This document shows, one piece after another, positions 55,667 through 64,000 of a stretch of DNA of 64,000 nt (positions are counted from its first letter, which is position 1; the number at the start of each line of letters is the position of its first letter). Made by a program: the position numbers and the translations under genes. The notes below the pieces were generated by a model. The model searched no databases, was not told the DNA's origin, and saw nothing but the letters and a program-made list of their open reading frames with translations. Origin of the DNA: Octopus vulgaris (Eukaryota); NCBI GenBank assembly GCA_951406725.2, contig OX597814.1:82894001-82958000 (forward strand). The letters run 5' to 3'.

Positions 55667-55830
55667 ACAGGCTTCTTTCAGTTTCCATCTACCAAATCCA
55701 CTCAAAAGGCTTTGGTTAGACTGAAGCTATAATAAAAGACACTTACTCATGGTGCCATATCAGTGAGACTGAACCCAGAACTATGTGGTTGGGAAGCAAG
55801 CTTCTTACAACACTGCTATTCCTGCACCTA
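55055..55830 (-). mobile_element. SINE family B with nested family C SINE
   Basis: Tail half at 55055-55220 and head half at 55665-55830. Confidence 0.8.
55326..55625 (+). mobile_element. tRNA-derived SINE family C
   Basis: A box TGGCCCAGTGG, B box GGTTTCGATTCC, followed by a non-tRNA body. Confidence 0.85.
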
Positions 55831-56422
55831 TTGTATTTTTATAATTAAATATTATTTAGAATTGTATTAAAAAATTGTTAAAATATTTCGTGTATTGCAG
55901 AAGCATAGCCAATTTATTGCACGTTAAGTTTTAATAACAAAATCTTAAATGGACCCCCAAGTCCCATATAGACTCCCAAGGGCCATATGGACCCTGATTG
56001 AGAACCACTGCAATCTATCTACAGCAAAAATGTAGCCAAATTCACTGAAGTGCCACATAGGACATATTGGATAATTTGGATGATGTTGTCCTGTATACTT
56101 ATAAAAAAAAAATGAAAAACAAAAAAAGGGCATTGCAGTTGTTGGGATTTCTTTGATCTCATGCATCTGCTCGGACAGAGCTAATTCAGAGTTAACAAAC
56201 AACAACGAGCCCATCCCCAGTTTGTCTGACAAATGATTGCTCTCTCTTATTTCACTGTTGATGACAGCAGTAAATTCTCTCACCCATGTTTAGATAGAAA
56301 ACTAAATGTAAAATTTCCAAACAAATTAGATTTTAACTGAGATTAAGATATATACATATGTATATTCATACATACATACATACATACATACATACATACA
56401 TACATACATACATACATACATA

Positions 56423-56488
<66 letters not shown>

Positions 56489-57478
56489 AATACATTCATG
56501 TATATACAAATACACATATGTATATACAAATACACATATGTTTACAAATACTAGCATAGATACATGCACATATGCACGTATGCATACATACATAGTCTAG
56601 AAATGGGAAATATATAGACATAATATGGAAGTATATTAATAGTATACTGTTATATCCTAGAGATACATACCTACATATATTGTCTACTTTATACTTATGG
56701 TAACATCTCACATATATATTACAATGATTTGAAGATCTGTGATTAACTAAGATGTTCCATGCAATTCAGAGACAAAAAGTGCACCCAGGGGTGTTAAATG
56801 AACTGCATTTCCTATAGATTTCCTATAACAAAGAGTCTTCTATATTTGAAAGATGATTCTATTTAACCAAAGATGGAATTAACTAAGTTCTCATAGATGA
56901 TAATAGATCTCTTATAAATCTCCTAGAGATCTGAGTGACACAGTGTTGTCAATGTCTAGCTGATTCTATTTATGTTCTGGATTTGAATATTATGGTAGTT
57001 GATGATTTTGCTTTTCATACTTCTAGAAAATATACCAGAAGGCAGAGTCAATAAAATATGCACCAATAATATATTATGTAATGCTAGCCCAGTGTCCGCA
57101 AAATTTGTGTTTTTCTGCCAAATCATTGTTTTGGTATATTTTACAATAAGAATATTTGATGCAACTGCTAAGATTGTGCAGTTAATGAATCTTTTTATGG
57201 TATAATAGCATTGTTCGTTATAGGTTTCCAACAAGATAATTACTACTTCTCTGCATTTCTGACTGCAAGCCTGATACAGGTGTAGCTGTAACTCAATGCA
57301 GAACAAATATCACAAGGTTTTTATTTAATCTGAAATCACTGATATATATCAGTGTACGATACACATATCACATTGTCTTTGATGTTGTACAGTGGGACTA
57401 AACCTGAGACCAAGTATCTGTGGGCAAAATTTCTTAAACCACAAGGTAATATTCCCATATTTGTCTCTTTCTCTCTCT

Positions 57479-57520
<42 letters not shown>

Positions 57521-57534
57521 ATGCGTGCATGGGA

Positions 57535-57878
57535 GTGTGTATGCAAAGATTTGAGCAATGTTGACTCCAACATCAGGACCAACTTCATGCAAGTATGAAG
57601 GCATGCTGACAAAACACTGTTTCTCTAAATGGAAACTTTACCTGTCATTGTGATTTGTGGCACGAAGCAAAGCAGGCCTTGCTGTCCACTCAAGAAAATA
57701 CATAGTAAATGATCCACAAGCACTCAAGCAAACTGAGTCCTCAACTTGTTTCATTTGCCAAAAGGTTTGCAAGGCACCATCAGGCCTCAAGAGACACATT
57801 TGTGTCCATAGAACATGATTAATGCTTTACTTTACTAAATGCTCATTTGGTGTTCACCACAAAAGAATCAATCATCAT
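57535..57878 (+). mobile_element. RTE/BovB-like LINE 3' end with C2H2 zinc fingers
   Basis: FTCHC..SKAGLAVHSRK and TCFICQKVCKAPSGLKRHICVH*, followed by a short UTR ending in ATC repeats. Confidence 0.55.
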
Positions 57879-58610
57879 ACACACACACACACACACACAC
57901 ATGAAATGTATCTACCCTATATTGATAGATAAATAGGGTGAGTCATACTGCTTACCTATAAACTATCTTGAAATTAAGTAACTTAACCCAGAACAATCCA
58001 CAAATGATATGAAATAAACAAACAGAAAACTCTTAACACTTCCAGAACCAAATGTTCTAACTTAAGAACCTACAAAAATTAAAGGAGTCCACGGATAAAA
58101 CACCTTGAAATATATATCACCCTCAACATTATTTAACGTTCACTTTTCTATGTTTGCATGGGTCAGATGGAATTTGTGCAGGCAGATTTTCTATGTCACC
58201 AACTCTCACCTTTTTCCAAGCAAGGGTATTATTTTCCCATGACCAAATATTCTTTTCACAGAAGACTGGAAATGAAGATGTGTGACTAATTCTCATTTAC
58301 AGCCATCACATGATTTCTGGGCAAAGGTACATACAAGCACACACATAAGCACACATGCAAGTACACACACACACACACATGCACACACTGGGCTTCTTTC
58401 AGTTTTCATCGAAAAGTTCACTCACATGGCTTTGGTTGACCCTGGATCTATAGTAAAGGACCAAAGTCCTATAGAGTGGGACTAGCTTGAAACCAAGTAG
58501 TAGGGAGGTTAAGTTCTCAATCACACAGCTATACCCATGCACACACACATGCATACACACATGCATACACACATGCTCACATACATACACACACACAGAT
58601 AGATAGATAA

Positions 58611-60252
58611 CACTGGACAATAATTGTTTTCAAGTTTATTTGTTGAATGAGATTTTACTGATTCTGTCTTTCTTGTGCTAGTTACAAATCTGTAGCCGGT
58701 TTGCTTTCTATTCTCTCGTTATCTTGCAATTTAAAGATTAACGTTTTATACATTTATAATTAAATTTTTCATATTGAGATACATATATCCCAATATTCAT
58801 TCAGCAATTAGACCTATTATGCACTCTGAAACACTCCTGATTCTAGTATTCATTGGGAAAGCAAGCAAACAAGAGTACAAGGATAATAATGAAGATCAAG
58901 AGATTTCTTCAGAATTCCAAGACCCCTCTTATGGTACCAAGAAATCAACTTCTCAACAGTTTAACCAAACAGAACTGATTGATTTAGTGCATGATTTGGG
59001 ACTCACTAAGACTGCAGTTGAAGTTCTAACATTTAGGCTGCAAAAGTTTCTTATTTTCAAAAATTAGACCATATTTTTGTATCATTTTTTTTCAGAAGAG
59101 AACCACTTTGTTTACTGTCATAATATTCCTGGTCATCTCCAGGAATTAGGAATCCCATTGTACAGTTCAACTGACTGGCAACTACTTCTAGAGAGTTCTA
59201 AGCATAGCCTCAAGCATGTTCTCCCACACAATGGCAATGTTTATGGAGCTGTCATAGTTGGTCACTCAGTGCATTTGCAAGAAGAATACAATGACATAAA
59301 AATGGCTTTTGACTGACTAAAATATCATGAGCACAATTGGACCATTTGTGCAGCTCTGAAAAGGGTTAATTTCCTCCTCAGCCAACAGAAAGATTTCACA
59401 AAGTATCCTTGTTATCTTTGCATGTGGGACAGCTGAGCTCAAGAAAAACACTGGATTCAGAAGTGGCCCATTCAAGAGATTCTGGAAGCAGACATCCCAA
59501 ATATTGTGAATGCTTCAATTATCAGCCAAGAAAAGATTATTTTCCCACCACTCCATATAAAGTTGGGCTTGATGAAGCAATTCACTAAGGCATTGAATAC
59601 TGATGGTGAATGTTGTCAACATATAGTGTCTACATTTCCTGGTTTGTCATTCAAGAAGATCAAAGCAGGTGTGTTTAACAGACCTCATGTTCTTGCCTTT
59701 GTATGTAATGAGGAATTTGTCATAAAGATGATTGACAAAGAAAGAGCAGCATGGCTGTCATTTGTAAAAGTCATGAAAATTTTCTTGGAAACAGAAAGGT
59801 AGACGACTATGAAATTCTTGAAAATAAAACGCTGCCAGCTTTCCATGATATTGGATGTAACATGAGCATTAAACTCCATTTCCTGTATAATTACCTCAAT
59901 TAGTTTCCTGAAAACCTTTGAGATATAAGTGATGAACAAAGAGAACACTTCCACCAATACCTCAGGACCACGGAAGAGCATTATCAAGGGTGAGAGGACA
60001 TAAACGAGATTTCCTTATAAAATGTCTACAAACACAAGAGCTCCAGGCACAAATTCTTGCCTGAATAAGATCTAGTTGTGTTTTCTCTTCCATCCTAATC
60101 AGTTTTTCAACTATGTACATCTTTCATTTGTGGATAATATATATTTTCAACAGAAAAGCTGATGGCAAGAAAAATTGGCACATGATAACATTTATTTTAC
60201 TCAGCATTTGAATAAGAAATATTATTTTTATAGCCTAATTCTTATTGTGGTG
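58611..60252 (+). mobile_element. Chapaev3-like (CMC superfamily) DNA transposon, decayed
   Basis: FNQTELIDLVHDLGL, SSKHSLKHVLPHNGN, FTKYPCYLCMWDS, PPLHIKLGLMKQFTKAL, KIKAGVF, MSIKLHFL and SDEQREHFHQ. Possible ends CACTGGACAATAA / TTATTGTGGTG. Family name from recalled motifs. Confidence 0.8.
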
Positions 60253-60983
60253 TACTAACTCATATATATGAATTAAGTTAGAATCTCAATGCTCAGATAT
60301 TTGTTCTTTTCCACCTAGTATGAAGATAGTATAACTAGAAAATTATCAGATGGGTTACATCATGTCTCGAGAAATATTGGATATTTGGAAAATATAAAAA
60401 AATCTAGGGCTTACTGAGAAAAACTAACTTCATGTTTGAATTCAGCATACACAAATTACGTAATACTAGTTGTTGGTATCAATGGAACAGTGCACACACA
60501 CACACACACGTGTGTGTGTAAAGAGAGAAACAGAGGCAAATATATGGATATTACCTTGTGGTTTAAGAAATTTGGTCTAAAGTTACATGGTCTAAGTTCA
60601 ATCCCACTGAATGACCTCATGGACAAGTGTCTCTTATTATTGTTGCAGTCTGACCAATACACTATGAGTAAATTGGTAGATGGAAACTACATGGAAACTT
60701 TGTGTGTGTGTGTGTATGTGCATTCACATACATAGATAGATAGTTAGATAGAAAATAAAGAGATGACACCAGAAAAATCAAATGTTACATAATGAACTTC
60801 ATTTGTTTAGATCTGCTATAAGATGTGGGTGACTCTTAGTTGACTACCAGGATAACATCCTATAGGTTCATCAGAGCTTTGAATATGAAGTGTACTTTAT
60901 TTCAGAACATACAGGCATTATGAGTGAGAAACACCAGGTTATTAGTCTCACTATGCCCAAGCAAAATATTAATGTGTGTGTGT

Positions 60984-61039
<56 letters not shown>

Positions 61040-62029
61040 GTGTGTGTGAGGGGGTGGAGCATAGTGGTTGAGAAGTTAGCTTCTCAACCAAAGCCTTGTG
61101 AGCAGATTTGGTAAAAGGAAACAGAATGATGTTTGTATATATATACATATATTGATCTTTGTGTATGTGCATCCACATGCGTGTTTGTATGTATGTTTAA
61201 GACTTCAGGCACTTGTAATAAAAGTGTAACATAAGATGTTATCAGCTTCTTTGAACAAATCTTTTAGGCACTTCATGCATTTGAAGCTGTAAGGTCTAAG
61301 TCATCTCTTACTTGGAAAACAGATAATGATAAACATCAAGAAATGAATCTAGATGCAAAACAATGCCTCAACTAACATATTCATCAAACCCATGCAAGCA
61401 TGAAAAAATGATGAATATAATTCAACGAAAATGTTTGGAAAATCAAAAGTATTTAGATCTGTGCAGATCTTGTCTTTAAAGTAAACCAGTAAAAGTAACA
61501 GCTACATTTTTATCTTATTAGATCTTCTCAGCTCAGCTAGCAAAGATTTAGAAGTGATCAAGTATATATAGAAAAAGAGGCAATGTAATGATGCTGATTG
61601 TCTAGAGTAACCGTTAAAAACTGAATGTTTGGCAGAAAGATGTGGGCAGGGAAGTAGTTCAAGAGGTCTGTGAAGTGTGCATCTCATTAATTATTTATCT
61701 ATGATGAGAGAGTGAAATGTCTGCAGGATACACTTGATAGAATGTACAGCAAACTAAATAGTAGAATAAATAAGGAGGAGCTACTTGAGTCCAAAATAGC
61801 TTCTGGTTCTGGCCAAAAAAACCCCCAAAAAAACTCCAGTTTATTGGACTGAATTGAATCAAGTAAGTTTGTTTCAGAAGAATATTCTAGTGATATTTTT
61901 AGAGTAGAGGTGAATTTATCGCAGAGTTAATTCTCTCAGAATTTTTGTTTCACTTCACTTTGAACAACTAAATTACATTTCAATGAGGACAGAGATCAAC
62001 TAGAAAGGGAGATTTCTCAAAGTCTTTCC

Positions 62030-62420
62030 TTTTATCATTTACTTGTTTCAGCCATTAGTCTGTTGGCATGCTGGGGCTCTGGCTTGAAGAATTTAGTCAA
62101 ATAGATTGACACACCAGCACTAAAAGTATCTCTTGCTGAACCACTAAGTTACAGTGTTGTAAACAAACCAACATCAGTTGTCAAGCAATAGTGGGAGAGA
62201 CAAATACAACACAAGACATGCCCATACACACATGTATGTGTGTGTGTATGCGACAGGCTTCTTTCAAATTTTTAATTTCTGCCAACCAAATCCACTCAAA
62301 AGGCTTTGGTTGGTCCAGAGCCATAACAGAAAAGACTTACTCAAAGTACTAGACTGTGGGACTGAACCCAAGACTGCATAATTCGGAAGAGAGCTTCACA
62401 CAATTGTGCAAGCACCTAAT
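62030..62420 (-). mobile_element. SINE family B (diverged)
   Basis: Family similarity. Confidence 0.7.
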
Positions 62421-64000
62421 TATGCACCTATTTCTAGCAGGTATATAAATTTTCACTATCAAGTCACATGGCCAAAATTACATCTCACCACTTCTATCAA
62501 GTCATATTAGTGAGCAAGACAATGAGGGAACCACTGTGTAGCTATTTGACCAGCTAGAAATAGCTGATAAACCTCTCTTAGATTACACTGACATTTTAGG
62601 AAAGAACATGATTAACATTGTGAACCTAGGTTCTCTACATACAAGGAAAAATGAGATGATCATGGCTGGGCTGTCTTTGATCCCAGGTCTAACCTGTGGC
62701 TAAACAGGTGCAACACAATAAAAAACCAACACTAGGTTTGACACATCACTGATACCGTATCACACCATCACCACCACCATCACCACCACTGGCTGATTTC
62801 AAAGAACAATTGGAACAGTCCATAACCTACTTTGCCAGACATTTTAAGCATCTTGGTGACTATGATGGACCAACTGTGTTCTCTGCCTTCACATACTTTA
62901 TTGCTCTATTGTCCACACTGCTCTCAACTTAGATGACTGGTCTCTGTTGGGTCTACATGGAGTAGACTCTTTCCTTAATGTGATTTAATATTCAACAGCC
63001 TTTCATATTAGAACAGAGTTCATGAGAAAAAACAGAATGCCTTCTGTTCATAGGTCTACTTGACTGATGCTGACCTGGGATTAAAAAACTATGACTGCAC
63101 CCTTTACATTCAACTTCTTCACTCTCATCTCTGTTACCATCCTGTTACTGTTATCTCAGACCTGTTATCTCTACAACTACCCCAACCATTCCCTCCTTAG
63201 TAATTTATTCTCTACCAGCATCCACATGAACACGTTTTATCATAAATCTGCCAGATCAGAGAATAACAGAGGATTAAACAACAATAACAACTAAAACTAC
63301 CACTAATTCACCTTTACCATTATCTCACCAGCCTTAATCTTACTATCAATTACTATCTCTACCAGCACAACAATATCTAACCTCATCCAATGATCATTAC
63401 TTTTAATACAATTTCTACTGACACACTGTCTAGTTACACTACTAGCACTATTACAGCCTTTACCACAAGAATATTTCCTAATAAGGAAATCTTACTAGAT
63501 CTACTTCTCAAAGTGACAGAAAGCATTAAAATGTTTTAGTAGAGCATTAACTGAAAAATAGGATTTAGTATATAAATGCTACTTAATTTATCTTGACAAC
63601 TTTAGTGAATAAAGTATCAATTTAAACCTTGTTGACACTGAACACAAGCTCTACAAAGTGTCTAATTAATAAACTGCTGTCTTGTTAGTATTATTTAGTT
63701 GCAATGCAACTCTACTGTCTATAGAATATATGCTATAATACATTCTCTCTTTCTTTGTTCATTTGTTTTACATTCATTTCACCATGCTGGCATGGGTTAG
63801 ATGAATATGCTATTGAGGTATTATCTTACAGCTGGATAACCTTCCTGATGCTTATCCATCCCTTTTTTTTAAGAGATTCCTTGTTCCACATAGTTTTGGA
63901 GGTATGAAGTGAGCAGACAAGTTATTGGCAGAAGTGTCAACAACAACACTGCTCAAGCATTATAACTTTTGAATATGTGAGTGCAGATATAAACAAACAC

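Noticed and set aside
57755-57815. Host C2H2 zinc-finger gene
   Set aside because: The context (decayed upstream finger, stop, short UTR with ATC tail) fits an RTE LINE C-terminus.

Overview
This is AT-rich, microsatellite-saturated eukaryotic DNA. Its repeat content (several tRNA-derived SINE families, (GAT)n-tailed RTE-related repeats, dense TA/CA/TATG/TCTA/TAA tracts) resembles a coleoid cephalopod, probably Octopus; that assignment is an inference from recalled repeat sequences. I see no intact host protein-coding gene. The ORF track is mostly translated microsatellite or transposon debris, so the window is intergenic or a large intron. Recognisable mobile DNA comprises a complete decayed mariner, a fold-back mariner derivative, a maT-like end, a Chapaev3-like element, a Tigger-like remnant, a non-autonomous Helitron, RTE LINE fragments, five R4/Dong-like 3' ends in (TAA)n tracts, Penelope-like RT and GIY-YIG remnants, and many SINEs. 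The most interesting signal is three unrelated families of type I hammerhead ribozymes, found by manual folding. One lies in a ~356-bp 1.45-mer repeat whose 5' end falls 11 nt from the self-cleavage position. One is present twice in a ~240-bp near-perfect inverted repeat. One lies downstream of a Penelope GIY-YIG remnant. All coordinates were read by eye, and no search or folding program was run.
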